From contig NC_042998.1 in the NCBI RefSeq assembly GCF_006345805.1, positions 57,970,001-58,034,000 on the forward strand: a stretch of DNA of 64,000 nucleotides, in the 5' to 3' direction. Source of the stretch: Octopus sinensis. Lineage: Eukaryota. Within the stretch, counting starts at the first letter, position 1. Each line of letters starts with the position of its first letter. A program made the translations under genes and the position numbers. The notes under the pieces were generated by a model that saw nothing but the letters and a program-made list of their open reading frames with translations, was not told where the DNA came from and ran no database searches. Positions 23,481-37,329 of this stretch are shown piece by piece.

Positions 23481-24252
23481 TATGTTATTTTGTTAATTAA
23501 TAATGTGTCAATTAATGATTTAAGGTTTAACTTATTGAAATTTGTCTGTCACTTAAGCTGGTGTAATTAAAGTAATTCCAGGTTAGCGGTGTGATTTGAT
23601 ATTTTTTCCTTACCTCAATGATGCCGGTGACATATATTAAAAGTCCCCTTATAAGAACTATATTCATAAAAAGTATAGAACTATATTATCACCCTCAAAA
23701 TTGAGAAACAAACACTCATGACTTTTTTCTTTTAAAACTTCATTGCATGTGATTGATACCATGAAGTTCCTCGAAATGAGTATTTAAGCTTGATTAAAAT
23801 ATAGTTCGTTTCTACTATTAAAAAATAGTTAATTATACTTAAATTCAAGTTGTTGCCTTACTTATGTTTTTTTCATGATGATACAATTATTTGTTGCACG
23901 GGACCAAAACCATGAAATTCCTCATGCTTTCTTCTATAATTCAAGATAAGATAAATATATTTTACTTTCAAAATAAAAGAAAAAGTTATTCAGATCTAAA
24001 CTTGATTAGAGGCGTTGCTTACTCACCTATAACGTTGCTACAAATTTTAATGTAAACTTTTTTCTACTGGACCAAATTTCAATTTTGTATACCAAAATAT
24101 AGCTAGGGACAAGTCCTCTTCAATAATGATAACAATTTTCAATTTGGTTAAAAACTAAATTAACGTCAAACTCTGAAATATGATGCGTGTGAGTAAATTG
24201 TGGTCTTAAGAACACTATTCAACTACTATCGTGGTTGAATGAAACATACATT

Positions 24253-24297
<45 letters not shown>

Positions 24298-25569
24298 GCA
24301 AACAAGCACACACACAAACAAACAAGCACACACACACATACATAATGATTTAGATCCAAGTAATATTTGGGAAATTTTCACGCACATGTTCGAAATAATA
24401 AAAATATTTTTTTTTTTTAATTCAGTAATTCATCTGTTATAAATAATTGTGCTGCTTTTGCAAATATGTTTCATAATAATCAAAACTGAGTTATAACCGT
24501 CACTAATATATCCTTAAAACTACCTGTCTGCTGCGTCATTATAAGCAACACTGAGTTGTATTAATTCGACCGCCTCTAAACTGTCATTACAGCCATCATT
24601 GAACTGAGATATAAGAATCATCACTGAATGATTTCAATAAAATCCATACAGTATAAATATAACAGCCGTCTCATAAAACGTAGCACTAATCTCTTTCATT
24701 ATATTTACGTCTAACTTATCATTATAACCAATATACGAATATTTGATGTTGGTTTACAACTAAAATTGAAAGTGCTGGTGCAAATAGACATTTGTGTTAT
24801 TAGAATCAGCACATAGTTTCAATGCATTCAACACAGCGCTGAGCAGGCTCAATCGAACCATTACTCTATTCATATAACTGCTTAAACGTTTCATTACAAC
24901 TGGAAAAAGAGGTTGTGATGACAATGGAATAATACGATTGGGTCGGGATTGTTTGGACGCTGTTAATTTAGCATAGCTGAATGGATATTTAGCATCTTGT
25001 AACAATACGATTTGGCACTTGAGGCAAATATACAGATAAACACAAGGCATACACGTGATAAGAAAAAACACAAATTATACATATAATTGGGAGCCGAATG
25101 ATTCATGTGAAAGAATGGTGCAGCTACAGATAAAAGAAGAGCTGGTGTTCCAGATTGTTCAAGATCATTGAACTACGAGGGTAAATGTCTGGTGGTACAT
25201 GGCAGAAATAAACACCAGGTGAGGGACATTTTAAATCCTGTTGTACTAGTTAATAAGAAGGATGCTCTCTTGCTCTCCTGCTTATTAAGCTGAAGTCTCT
25301 ATAACTTGTATGAACTAACATAGAAAGTTTTTCCTGGCAAAGACGTTGAATAATGCATCACTTCAGGCTTTCCTAACGTAACTTTCTAATTTGCATCAAC
25401 TCCTAAAAGCTATCTCGCTTGCCAAAACTTGCGTTATGTTACATAAAAAAACATTCAGTTACTGTTTTGAAATAATGAAACGAGGTAGTACCATAAATAT
25501 TGAGCAAGAGCTTTTTGTAGATTTATATTTCATGTTTAAAAACGTTATCTTTCAAAGCAAAAGAATGTG

Positions 25570-25616
<47 letters not shown>

Positions 25617-25619
25617 ATA

Positions 25620-25650
<31 letters not shown>

Positions 25651-26037
25651 GCCAAGAATGGATCTTCAAATGTTTTATAATATATTTGAGATATATTCAA
25701 AGTTTAAAAAAATATATTTTCATTCTTATTTACTGAGCTTGGAGCCTTAATATTTTAAAAGTATAAAGTTACTTAAATGTGAAAAGCCATACTTTTATCT
25801 CCTTTATTGAGCTACCGTGACTGATCCAAGTTCATCCGAGATATTTGCATTTGCCAACTTTAAGAGTTATTGCTTAATTTTTTATATATATAATATATAT
25901 ATATAGAGAGAGAGAGGGAGAGAGAGAGAGAGGGGGGTTATGAGAGGTAATGGTGACACTGAGACCCAAAGTCTCAGGTAATGCTAAATAAGTCCTACAG
26001 ATGGACGTATATATATAAATACATATATATATATGTA

Positions 26038-26150
26038 TATGGCCTGCTCGCTTAGCCAGCGGGGTGGCGTCATTCGAAGGCTAAAACAATGCGAAGCGCA
26101 TTGTGATCAGCGATGTGTAGCAACATCTGATAGCCTGGTCGGTCACGGTG

Positions 26151-26152
<2 letters not shown>
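26038..26152 (+). mobile_element. Short GC-richer interspersed repeat fragment (probable SINE/LINE 3' end)
   Basis: Non-microsatellite island between (TA)n tracts. Recognised from memory only. Confidence 0.35.
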
Positions 26153-26182
<30 letters not shown>

Positions 26183-26947
26183 CCAGAGAGGTTAATTTCA
26201 TCATTTAGAACATGGTGGTAGTATTTTCTTCTCCATCTGTAAATTTTTTATCCCTGAGTTCACTTTGTTATTTAGATCCATCAGTGGGGAGGGGGTTCTA
26301 TTCGTGGTTCAATGGAGATAAACAAGATTTTTTTTATATTTATAAATAGAGGAAGGGGTAGTGCAAATGTCAAAGCCATAAATCCATCCTCATTTTGAGG
26401 AATTTAACTTAGACATATTTGAATGTATTATAGGAAAAGTAGTAGGCTGAAGTTAGTGGGGTAGGGAGACTACTAATGCTCTCTATAAATATCTTTTAAA
26501 TTTGTTTATGGTAACGTTAAGGGTATGCAAAGATATCTCGTATTCCATTATGCCGCTTACCGTCTAACGATATTGTCTAGTGTGTCAAATTTTCGGGGTT
26601 GCATCATGGTTATACCGATGGAATGTAGGATAAATATAATAACAACAATAATTCTAGGATGGAATTTATAAATATGTAACAAGAAAATGCACCAAAATCA
26701 TTCCCATGAAACTTGATAAAATTGATGTGTTTACGTATCCTTCATAAAATTCTCTGCTGTAACGTTTTTAGGTATGTACGTGTAATTTTGATTCTGCAAT
26801 TCACAATGTTGTTAGGATTTTATATATGCATAACATAGCGCCAGTTGAGGTGCGAAATGTAATATTTAACGTTGCTTAGATACTATTATCAGTGCTATTC
26901 TTATCATAGTTAATAATATATAATGATATGTGTAGTTAATAATATGT

Positions 26948-27338
26948 AGACGTAGGAGTGGTTGTGTAATAAGTAGATTGCATGGGTCCGGGTTCAGCCC
27001 CACTGCGTGGTACCTTGGGCAAGTGTCTTCTACTATAGCCTCGGGCCGACCAAAGACTTGTGAGTGGATTTGCTAGACGGAAACTAAAAGAAGCCCGTCG
27101 TGTATATGTTTATATATGTGTGTGTGTATGTTTATGTGTCTGTGTTTGTTCCCCCAACATCGCTTCAAAACTGCTGCTGGTGTGTTTACGTCTCTGTAAC
27201 TTAGCGGTTCGTCAAAAGAGATCGATAGAATAAGTACTTGGCTTACAAAGAATAAGTCCTGGGGTCGATTTGCTCGACTAAAGGCGGTGCTCCAGTATGG
27301 CTAGAGTCAAATGACTGAAGCAAGTAAAAGAGTAAAAG
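26948..27338 (+). mobile_element. Full-length family B SINE
   Basis: GTAGGAGTGGTTGTGT head, GGGTTCAGCCCC, ACCTTGGGCAAGT, AAAAGAGT tail. Confidence 0.92.
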
Positions 27339-27339
27339 C

Positions 27340-30300
27340 ATAATAAAGTGTCAATTTTGATAAATCATTCATAATTGAACACGGCTGATATTTTCCAGTA
27401 AATGGAATCTCCTTATTGATTCTTCTTTTATCAAATGATCCGTTAATACACCTGTATATTTGGTTCTAAATTTGATCAGTGAACATACAAATCAGCAACG
27501 GATTTGTATGTGCACTAAGAAACATTTGTAACAGGGAAATCATACATGTACTCATCTTTCATCGTCATTCGTTTCCTAGTAATCTTTCTCGTTTGTCCAA
27601 TATAATTTTCTCCACATTATGAATATATTATTATGTAAATTAGATTTCCGGAAGCGTAAGTAAATTTTTTCCTTTCTTTACTTTGAAGTATGATCTTATT
27701 CACAATGGAATTCTAATCCTTTGGATAACACAGTGAGTTCCCTCCATATTTTAGCTGGTGGTTCCGTTGCCGTTGAACATAATGTCATTTACTAACAGTC
27801 TATTGAAGGATTTTGATTGACATCTTATTTTCGCGATGGTTTGCATCGATAAAATTAGCATCTTTCTTGCCTATTCATTGTGATTAAGTTTTGAAAAATA
27901 TAAATTTCGCTGTTTCTAAAATTAGTAAAGAAATATATGCTCATATTATCAATTCAGCTATGTTATGCTGTTCTGTTGGTCTTCGTGCATAAACATCAAT
28001 TGCCTTGGCTTATCTTGTCACATTATCCATAAAGAATAGCAAATAATACTGTTGATGAACATATTCTTAGTTTCTTGGAGTTGTATATCACGGGTACTGT
28101 TTGATATAGGACATAAATATAAATACTTTTGATAAATTTAATGAGATGTGTATAGTAATGTATTTCCTGTTACACTATGGAAAGAGTAGATATTGTTCTG
28201 AATCAGTTTTTATCATACATCTATGTCAGTTCGTTATTGACTTTCATTATTACAATTTATAAAGATGGTATTTCTCTTGATAATATTCCATTATTGTCGA
28301 TGCTAGCGAAATTGGAAGCCCCTTCCTGAAACATGTATATAATTTGGCCATTATAAGTGGTCTGCACACTGCACCCATCCCTCTACACTACTGAGGCAAC
28401 ATTTTAAATTCCTTTAATTTCTGTATTATTTTATTTCAATAACAAAGCAATCGCATTGAAAGTTTTCCTGTTGTCTTTCATATATTGATCGAAAGAGTTA
28501 CCATATTTTGTAGCGATTCTTAATTCATGTAATTTCTAAATATCCCATAATAAAATTGGGTAGCTCGGGGCAACGTTGGTTCAGGTTGCGATTCCAAATG
28601 TTTGACGTGATATTAATACCCCCACCTCAAAAAAAAGCAATTCTATTGAACAAATTTCAATCCTTCAATAAATTTCTCAGTAATATCTAATCATTCAGCC
28701 GAAAAAAATATCTGCATACAATTTGTATACCTTCTGTTCAGCTTGTTTATATGTTAATTCTATACATTAAAAGATAGAACGTGTGCTGTTTCCGGAAGGT
28801 GTCTCAATATATCTAAGACGTATTAAAAAAAAATTAATGAGTCTAAGAAATGGTTTCAATAAGATACATGAAAAGTTACTTCCCGATGAATTTCTCATAT
28901 TGGATCCTCTATTATTGCTCTTAATTTCAAATCAGCTTGTGATAAAATATTAATCCAAATACTTTTCGATTTTTTGCGTGCTTCATTTATAATATTGCTC
29001 TCGTGCATTTTTGATAAGGCATCGATAAAATAAACTAGATATACATTAAGAGTTAGTGATATAATTTCATTTTTATCAGTTAATTCGGTTACGTGGAAGT
29101 GTAACACGATTGCAAGAAAGATTATTATATTCTGCTGATTGCAACTTTTCACCTTTTCGTAAAATGTATATTGTTTTCTAACACTGATAAAACAACTTTT
29201 ATAATACATACTATCAATCGCTATAACAGAACTTCATTTATTGGCTTCTTTAATTGTCGTTCCGCTATCATTTTTCTGTTCAGTCATGGTTTCCCATTCT
29301 GCAGTATTGAAGTTTCATTTAATTCTTTGTTTATGTCTGATATTGTAATGGAATACTCAAAATTCAGTTAATATAATCAGGAGTTTTATTACAACCTGCT
29401 TTCTAACAAGCGATTTATGATTGATATTTTGGTGAAACAATTCTTATATGAGCCGCAATTTTCTACAGAATTGTGAAATACTGTATTTAATTTCATTGTA
29501 ATTAGATTTCCGAGGATTTAGAAAAATTTGTTCCCTTCTGTTTTGATGTGTAGTTAATGTGCTTTTTTTTTGATAAATTTATTACTTTTATTATTTTTGA
29601 TTTTATTTCTTTGTGTCTGTATTCTTCTGGGTCTGTCTAAAATATGTTTATAATAAGTTTGTTTGAATTATGAATATATCTCGCTCAATTAGTGTGGTTT
29701 GAAGAGCGATAATCAATTGCGTTCTATTATCCTTGGACGAGGTTCAAAGTTAGTTCTTTCGTTGCTTTTCTAAAAAACAAAAAAAAATTATTTTTTCTAA
29801 CTTGCTAATCATTTAATCTTGGTGCACTTCTAATTTGTGAGATATTCCTATTTAAGCTTGTAAACCAATTAATTCAAAATTTGGTGTTCTGTTTTCGATT
29901 TGATTCGAAGGATCTTTCTTAGGGACTGTTTAGATACTCCTGTGTAAACTTTCGTGAAATGAGTTTCCTCGAAGTTCGATTTATCTTTTAATTCGACTTA
30001 TATTTATGGATCCAGTCTTGTTTTCAAGTGTTAAAGGAACCACAGTTCTTCTCTTTTGTGTTACTCCTTCAAACCTTTGAAACATTGTCTACAACTAATC
30101 CCACAAACGTTTTACAAGATTTAATATGCATTTCGTTGTCAGTTGCTTTAAAATTTCGTTCGTTGTTTGAAGCTCTTAATTCTATTTCCATTTCACCTCA
30201 CATTTTCTCTTGGTCGTCTTTATTATTCAGGTTCTTCGAGAATTGATCTTTATCTGTAATTGTCGAACAAGAGTTAATGGTGTTTTTGGCCATATATTTA

Positions 30301-30650
30301 CTGAATTATTGTTGGTTTTATATATGCTCCAAAGTATGAATTAGCGTACGGTAGAAATCTTTAATCCGTTAGAGGCCAATTCAGCTTTTAATTAAATATG
30401 CTGATGTTGCAATATTTTCATCTGTATTTCGTCTTTTTCATATTGTTCCCAAGTGTATTTGAAAATATTGAATTTGTTATTCTATATAATTGTTCTACTA
30501 ACCTCATTCATATGTTGTGTTAATTAATTTCTCATCTTCTCGAAAAAAAAGACATTCACTTATCGTAAAGCTTGGACAAATCTCCTTTAATTCCTTCAGA
30601 TTATCTTGTTTTGCAGGTTTATCAAACGTTTTCCTCGTGTTGTTGTATAG
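27340..30650 (-). mobile_element. Degenerate Penelope-like element (RT + GIY-YIG endonuclease)
   Basis: Minus strand: ELTDKNEI...SKMHESNIINEA...DLKLRAIIEDP (ORF 28895..29209), RQTFGIA.TNVAPSY, CDCFVI (YxDD region), KTDSEQYLLFH, GNLIYII...CGENYIGQTRKI..KRMT. Confidence 0.85.
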
Positions 30651-30663
30651 AATGCTATAATGA

Positions 30664-30713
<50 letters not shown>

Positions 30714-31369
30714 GTTTGTGTGTGTGTGTGTATGTGTGTGTGTGTGCGTGTGTGTGTGTGTGTGTGCATTAGAGCTGATGGATGCAAAACAAGGTGGAAA
30801 AATAGTATCGATGAGCAACAGTAGAGGGGAGTTTTTAAGCATAAATACAAATATTTTTAATATTTCCTTTGTTCTAAATACTCACGACTGTTTGATGAAT
30901 ATTTACGCGAAACTCTGAGTAACATCTTGTAAAGTCTTTTCAGATTCAATAAAATATTGTAAGTATATATAAATAAAATTTCAACAAAACAATCGTACTC
31001 TACACGCGAGAAAATGTATCTGAAGAAAATTTCATTGAAAAATAACGCTTTTAAAAAAGTCCGGTTAGAAGAATGGTAGATGTTCCGGAAAAAACGAAGA
31101 ATAAACTGAAAAGATAAAATCCCACTTATCCAACTGAATTGTAATCTGTAACATCTGAAACGTGCCTGTAATTTCTGCAACAAGGCGTATATTTTTAAGA
31201 AAGTTGTACGAAAACTGAGAGGAAATGGGCCATAATTCTATCGTTATGCTTATATATATGTTTGCGTCTATGTATGTATGTATGTATGTATGTATGTATG
31301 TATGTATGTATGTATGTATGTATGTATGTATGTGTGTGTGTATTTATGTATCTATCTATCTAACTATGT

Positions 31370-31520
31370 TTCTCTCCTTGTTTTTCTGTGTCCCTTTCTG
31401 TAGAAGAGCGTAGGCTCGAAACGTAAAAGACTTTTTCTATTCCTGAGCGCTATACTAATACATCTGTTTTTTTTTGTACACCACCTGTCTTCGTCTTTTG
31501 TTTTTTTCTTAAACTCTCCC
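31370..31520 (+). mobile_element. Penelope-type terminal-repeat family X copy with hammerhead variant at 31394-31429
   Basis: cttt CTGTAGA a gagc-gtag-gctc GAAA cg TA aaag. Confidence 0.7.
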
Positions 31521-31619
31521 TATCTATTTATCTACCTACCTATCTATATACCTATATAGTTGTGTGTGTGTGTGTATCTATGTATCATAGTGCGAGATGT
31601 ATTTGAGAACATATTTGGT

Positions 31620-32290
31620 AATTTAATAAAACAACTCTAATCTAAAGCAATCAAACGTATTTTAATGCAAAACAAATTTCTTCGCTTTTTCTCGATTCTT
31701 TTTCTTATACTATTCCACAAATCCCCTTTCAACTACGATGACTGCTTCAATGCAGGACCGGAATAACTGACAAGCCGTCTCTAAGTGTTTCTTATTCCTT
31801 TCGGACAACGACAACCTTTCGTGAAGCTTCATATCAGAAGAATATTGATTAGTGTCCCATTGGAAAAAACTAATGAGTTAAGTGGCCTTTGTGAGTAACT
31901 GCTGAGACTTGTTGAAACACATATAGCATTTTACTGCGTACTTCATCCATTCAGGGCTTAACAACTCTCTCCATCACCTCAGTGTATTCAGCAGCAATTA
32001 ATTCTAAGACCCTGGAGAAAGATGTGAGGTGGCATGACTTGATGTTTGTTATCCACCACTCCTAAAACCATCAAAGTTTCTAAAACCATCACTGTTTCTA
32101 ACAATTTAGTGTACATCATTCAAGGAACATCAGAAGGATCTGCAAATAAACACCTATCATTGCTCCTGTTAAACTTATGGTCTTGGTGGAAGTTCTTCTG
32201 ATGAGAATAAAAACCTAAGCGTGTTATACTCGTGGTTCAGCCTTGCTAAGTAGCCACTTGGTATGTATGAAACAGTTTTCGTCTTCTAAA
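31620..32290 (-). mobile_element. Degenerate Tc1/mariner-superfamily transposase, maT (DD37D)-like
   Basis: FYSHQKNFHQDHKFNRSNDRCLFADPSDVP.MMYTK...MVLGVVDNKHQVMPPHIFLQGLRIN / AAEYTEVMERVVKP*MDEV...YVFQQVSAVTHK. Confidence 0.8.
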
Positions 32291-32569
32291 TCTGGATCTT
32301 CCCTGTACGCTATCAGCTACAGGCAATCGAAATAAGGGAAACCGAGTTTAATGAGCATGATACCTTTGAGGAGTCACCTGACGAAGCACATCTGCAGTGA
32401 ATGATGCATCATAACCAGTTGCACAACATCTCACACGCGAAGGACTGATGCATGATGGATCTTAGTATGTATGTATGAATGTATGTATGTATGCATGTGT
32501 GTATATATATATATATAATATATATATATATATATAATATATATATATATTTATTTTCGTAACGAGATA

Positions 32570-33400
32570 AAAATCTAAGGCTGTGTAGATTTTAGAACAT
32601 TTATAGATAAAAGGTCTTACAGCTGTTTCCAAGATATTTATTATATCCCTTCATCGGAGACGGTGTGAGAGGATGGTTAAGAAATAGTTAATTTAGATAA
32701 TATATAAAAATAGAGAGTGAGGTGGAGGAAATAAAAGAAAATAGATGTGACATATGTACGGATATTGCATTTCTAGATCCATTTTTTAGGCAGAATTGTA
32801 TACATATAAGATTCCAATCCAATAGTATATAAAATTGGTCATTCCAAGTATAGAGTTTATACACAGTGTTATTGAATCAACGGTTTTATTTAAAGTGAGC
32901 TAAAAATAGGGAGTGTATTAATAGGGTCAAATCGAAAACAGGTAGAGAGGAATGAAGAAAGAGTAAAAGAAGAGAAAATACAAAAAAGAGAGAATAAGAA
33001 GAAAGTAAGAAGAAAAATAATAGAATAATAATATAATATAATAAAAAAATAAAAAGCATGAAGAGATGAATAAAGGAAAGAAAGAAAAAAGAAAAAGGAA
33101 AAACAAAGATATAGACAAGGAAAAATGTACCAGTTAGTGGTCAGTGGAAATAATTTGAAAGTAGGAGTGGGGAGATAAAGGGTGATAGGGAGAGAAAGGT
33201 ATTAGAGTGTAAGAAGATAGAAAGAATGAGGTGGGGGTAATAAAAGTAAAGGAGTAGCAAATCTGTAGTGATAGACTCAAAGTGATGGGGCAGAGAGAGG
33301 GTTAGTAGTAATGAATTAAGAATTTAGGAATTTAGGAAATTAGATGGTTTGGCAGGTCGGTACTTAGTAATATAAGAAAATATATGTGAAGATGTATACA
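32570..33400 (-). mobile_element. Penelope-like 3' terminal region with hammerhead motif at 32614-32661
   Basis: gtct CCGATGA a gggata-taataaa-tatctt g GAAA cagctg TA agac on the minus strand; long pyrimidine-rich upstream tract. The upstream boundary is uncertain. Confidence 0.6.
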
Positions 33401-34097
33401 TATCTAAATATTAGACATGTATGCATATATATTTATACAGATGTTTATACATATCAACATCCACACATACAACTCTTACTCGTATGTATATGCACACATG
33501 CGCACCCACATATACATGCATCTACATGTATTATCGCCCCTGTACACGCTGGCATATATATATATATATACACGTATACATATATATATATATGCTCATA
33601 TTTACGTAAAAACATATATGTGTGTGTGTGTGAGCGTGAGTACGTTTGTCTGGGATTAATGACTGGATAACAATCAATAATTTGATGTGGACTAATGTTA
33701 ATGTATAAGTATTTCTTTATATAAGAAATATTGAATTTCTAAATCTCTCGAAGAGATATGTACGGTGGTGGGGCGATAGAATGGTTGTATAGATTGACAG
33801 TATACAACCATTCTATTTCTTTATAATAATCTTTCAATAATGTACATGAAAGAAAATCTGTGTCGAGCAAATTGTGAATATGTTTGTTCATTGTATGCTA
33901 ACGCTCATCTCTTTAGTATGTGTGAGGGTATACGCTTTCTCATTAGGACGTGTACATTTAATTAGTCGTATATATAAATGTGTCCATTATACGCGATGCG
34001 TATAAATGTATATGTGAGTATTTGTCCATCCGTCCGTCTCTCCTCCCACCTTCTGTCCCTCTGCTATCTATCTACCTATCTATCTATCTATAACAGA

Positions 34098-35953
34098 CTC
34101 TTGAGCCACTACTGCGGAAGCTGGCGACTCTGAGGGGCATCCCGCGAGAATTAGGATGCGGGACGAGCGTGTCTGCATACGCGGACGACGTCACCGTCAT
34201 AGTGTCAAGCCACGAGCACATCGAGCGGGTCGGCGAGACACTGAAAGACTACGAAGCGGTGACAGGAGCAAAAATCAACCGGGAAAAGTCAGTGGGCTTG
34301 CGGCTCGGCACCTGGAGAAGCAAGCCCATGCCGTCCACCAGTACCTCCGTCGTGGGACGCTGGACAGACGGCCCGGTTGAGTTGCTCGGGGTCTGGTTCG
34401 GTCCGGACCTCCAATGGAGAAGAACTGGAACGAGATAACGAGTAGGGTGGTCACTCTCGCCCAGCAATGGGCCGAGAGGAAAACTGTCCCTAAAAGGTCG
34501 GGCGAGGTGGTGGTGAACGCGTACATCGCGTCCATCATCTACTACCGGACCGTCGTACTTGTCCCGACCCTACCATCACCAAACTAGAACGCATCCTCTT
34601 CCGCTTCTTGTGGAAAGGATGCGTCCCGATGGTCAGGCGATCCATTTGCTGTCAACACCCGTTAAAAGAAAGGCCTGGGCATGCCGTGGTTGATGATGCG
34701 CAGACACGCGCTGAGACTGCGACATCTCCGGCTCTATGTAGACGACGGTGAACAGGTGTGGTCGCCGTTTGTGAGGCACGCATTCCCGCAACTCGTCTCC
34801 ATGACCGAACTACAGTCGTGGATCAAAAAGAGGCCGAAGAAGGGCGATTGGCACCGCGAGTGTCGCGTTGCTCTCAAGCAACTCTGCCGTCCCGGGTCGA
34901 CCTTGAGTGACTTCAACACAACCAAAGCATTCTATAGGGGATTAGTGGAGGGGAGGTACGACGACGAGCTCGGGGCAAACCTGGGCGTCGACGAGGAATA
35001 CCTGACCCGCCTGTTTCAAACGACTTTCGGCCCGGGACCTATGGACAACTTCCAGAGATCCCTGGCCTGGCGGTGCTACCGAGAAGCGCTACCCGTTCGG
35101 GATAAGCTCTATAGGCATGGCTCGAGAAACACGGGGCCGACCTGCCCGAGATGCGGGCAGAGCGACGAAACCGCTCTGCACGCAATCGTGCAGTGTCCAG
35201 CAATTTCCACCTGTGGGCTTATGTCGAACGACTGCTGTCACGTGTGGGACGTGTCGGTTTATCAGCCGAGTCTATCGTTAATATCGTCACGCCTCCTTCC
35301 TTCAAACGGGAAGGAAGAGCTTTTTTATCATACTTGTGGCTATGGCGAAAGAATGTATCTGGTGGACGCGTCTGAAAGGATTAGAGACAAACACTTTCCT
35401 CTGGTCAATCTCTCATCACTTCTTCAAGTATCACTTGAAGAAAAAAGTGAGAGTAGAGAGGCAAGTTTGTCTAGTGAATTTTAAAAAAAGATGGGTGAAT
35501 GTAGCAAGGATGGCACGTATGAATGACGAAGCCACCTTGACTATGATTCTATGAACCGTAAAAATTAATACAGAGAGTTGCTTATTTGCAAAAAAAAAAA
35601 AAAGAAATATAACATGTGACTTCATTGACCGAGGTTACCGTGGTCTTTTCCGTAGGCTTTTCTTTCCACGGGTAACACCACACCTGTCCTCCCCTTTACA
35701 CTTCATATTGACATTTCTGTGATAACGATCCCTATTGATCAATTTTTTTCCTCTCCCCCTTTTTTTAACCCCCCCTTTTTTTGTCTCCTCTTTCTCTCCT
35801 TTTACGATCCCTTTTGATCGACCCCCCTTTTTTATTTTATTTTATTTTTTTTTTTATTATATTATTTTTTTTTTTTTAACCTTCAAAAGAAAAGCTCTAC
35901 CTTGTAATTTGTTCTATCTGTGTGCAGCCCTGTGTGGCTAATAAAGAAAATAT
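34098..35953 (+). mobile_element. 5'-truncated Tx1/L1-clade LINE (RT C-terminus, CCHC knuckle, 3' UTR) with 11-bp TSD
   Basis: SAYADDVTVIV...TGAKINREKS...LLGVWFG; KLERILFRFLWKG; AWRCYREALPVRDKL...CPRCGQSDETALHAIVQC. A few frameshifts. TSD TCTATAACAGA at 34087-34097 and 35954-35964. Confidence 0.9.
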
Positions 35954-35958
35954 TCTAT

Positions 35959-36284
35959 AACAGAGGTTACCTACTTGCAAACAAATGTAGTAAAATGTAA
36001 CAATATTGACCGAGGTTACCGTGGTCTTTTCCGTAGGCTTTTCCTCCCATTGGAACCTTATTGATTCCCACTACACAACTTTCTATGTCGACCTTTATAC
36101 ACTTAAATCATGACAGTTTGATACACAATCCCTATTGATCGTTTTATTCTCTTTTTTTTTTTCTTTCCCTTTCACGATCCCTTTTGATCGAAAAACCTAC
36201 CCCACTTTTTTTTTCTCCAAAAATAAAAGCTCTACTTGTAATCTGTCCGTCTGTGTGAGCCCTGTGTGGCTAATAAAGAAAATA
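35959..36284 (+). mobile_element. Second, shorter copy of the same Tx1-like 3' UTR
   Basis: ATTGACCGAGGTTACCGTGGTCTTTTCCGTAGGCTTTTC and GCCCTGTGTGGCTAATAAAGAAAATA are shared with 35623-35952; followed by (TCTA)n. Confidence 0.85.
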
Positions 36285-36297
36285 TCTATCTATCTAT

Positions 36298-36380
<83 letters not shown>
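36285..36380. repeat. (TCTA)n microsatellite
   Basis: Directly visible. Confidence 0.97.
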
Positions 36381-36382
<2 letters not shown>

Positions 36383-37329
36383 TCTATCTACACACGCACA
36401 CACGCACACGCACACATACACATACACACATACATATATATACACACACACAAAGGCTTTCAGATATTTATAATTATAGGTCCAGCTTTTACAGAGAACA
36501 AATGAGAGAGAATATGTCGTTTGTAATCTGAGTAGGTTGAACCTATTAATGTAAATATCTATATATTTATACTTAAAAATTCATCATCTAAAAGTACCCA
36601 CCTTTTTCTTTCTCTTTCTTGATTGTTCTGCTCTGCTCCCTATCTTCCTCTCTTTCTCCCTGTTTCCAAAAAAAAAAACAAAAAACAAAACGGAAATTTC
36701 TCCTCTTCTAGACGAAAAAAAAAAACATCTGCTCTTCGTTCGATTCATTGAAAAAAACCATGAAACATTCTGTTTTATTATTTTGGTTCAATTTTTCTTG
36801 ACGATTTCGGTTAAACGAAGCGAAGCGCTAATAAAGAATTATCTATAATACTCACTGCCTCCTTTTTCTTAATATACGATATCTGTACACCACTTCAAAC
36901 ACATTATACATACATAGATATATACATACATAGATATATACATACATACATACATATATACATACATACATACATACATATATTATTATGGCTGCCCCTC
37001 GTTATCGAGTATGGCCATTGCACGAAGCTTAACTGTTACTGGTGCTGTGATCGAATGTGACTTTTTAATCTAAATATATATAAATATGTTTTGTGTGTGT
37101 GTGTATGTATGTATGTATGTATGTATATATATATATAGACACATGTGAGAATGTGTATGCGTGTTCATGGTTATAGCATGTGTAGAGTATATATATTATT
37201 ATTAAATATAATATATAATATATATCTATATATATATATATTATCTATATATATATATATGTACACATGTTCGTAAATATAGCAATATACATATATCTAT
37301 ATAGATATATACATAGATATGTTGGAAGT

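Noticed and set aside
30857-31183. 108-aa ORF upstream of the minus-strand PLE
   Set aside because: AT-rich, F/I/L/Y-biased chance ORF with no motif.
36800-36845. Hammerhead-like TTGACGA ttcg-gttaaa-cgaa ..GAAG cgc TA
   Set aside because: Too many core deviations (C3U, GAAG, extra bases) to call; it may be a decayed PLE end.
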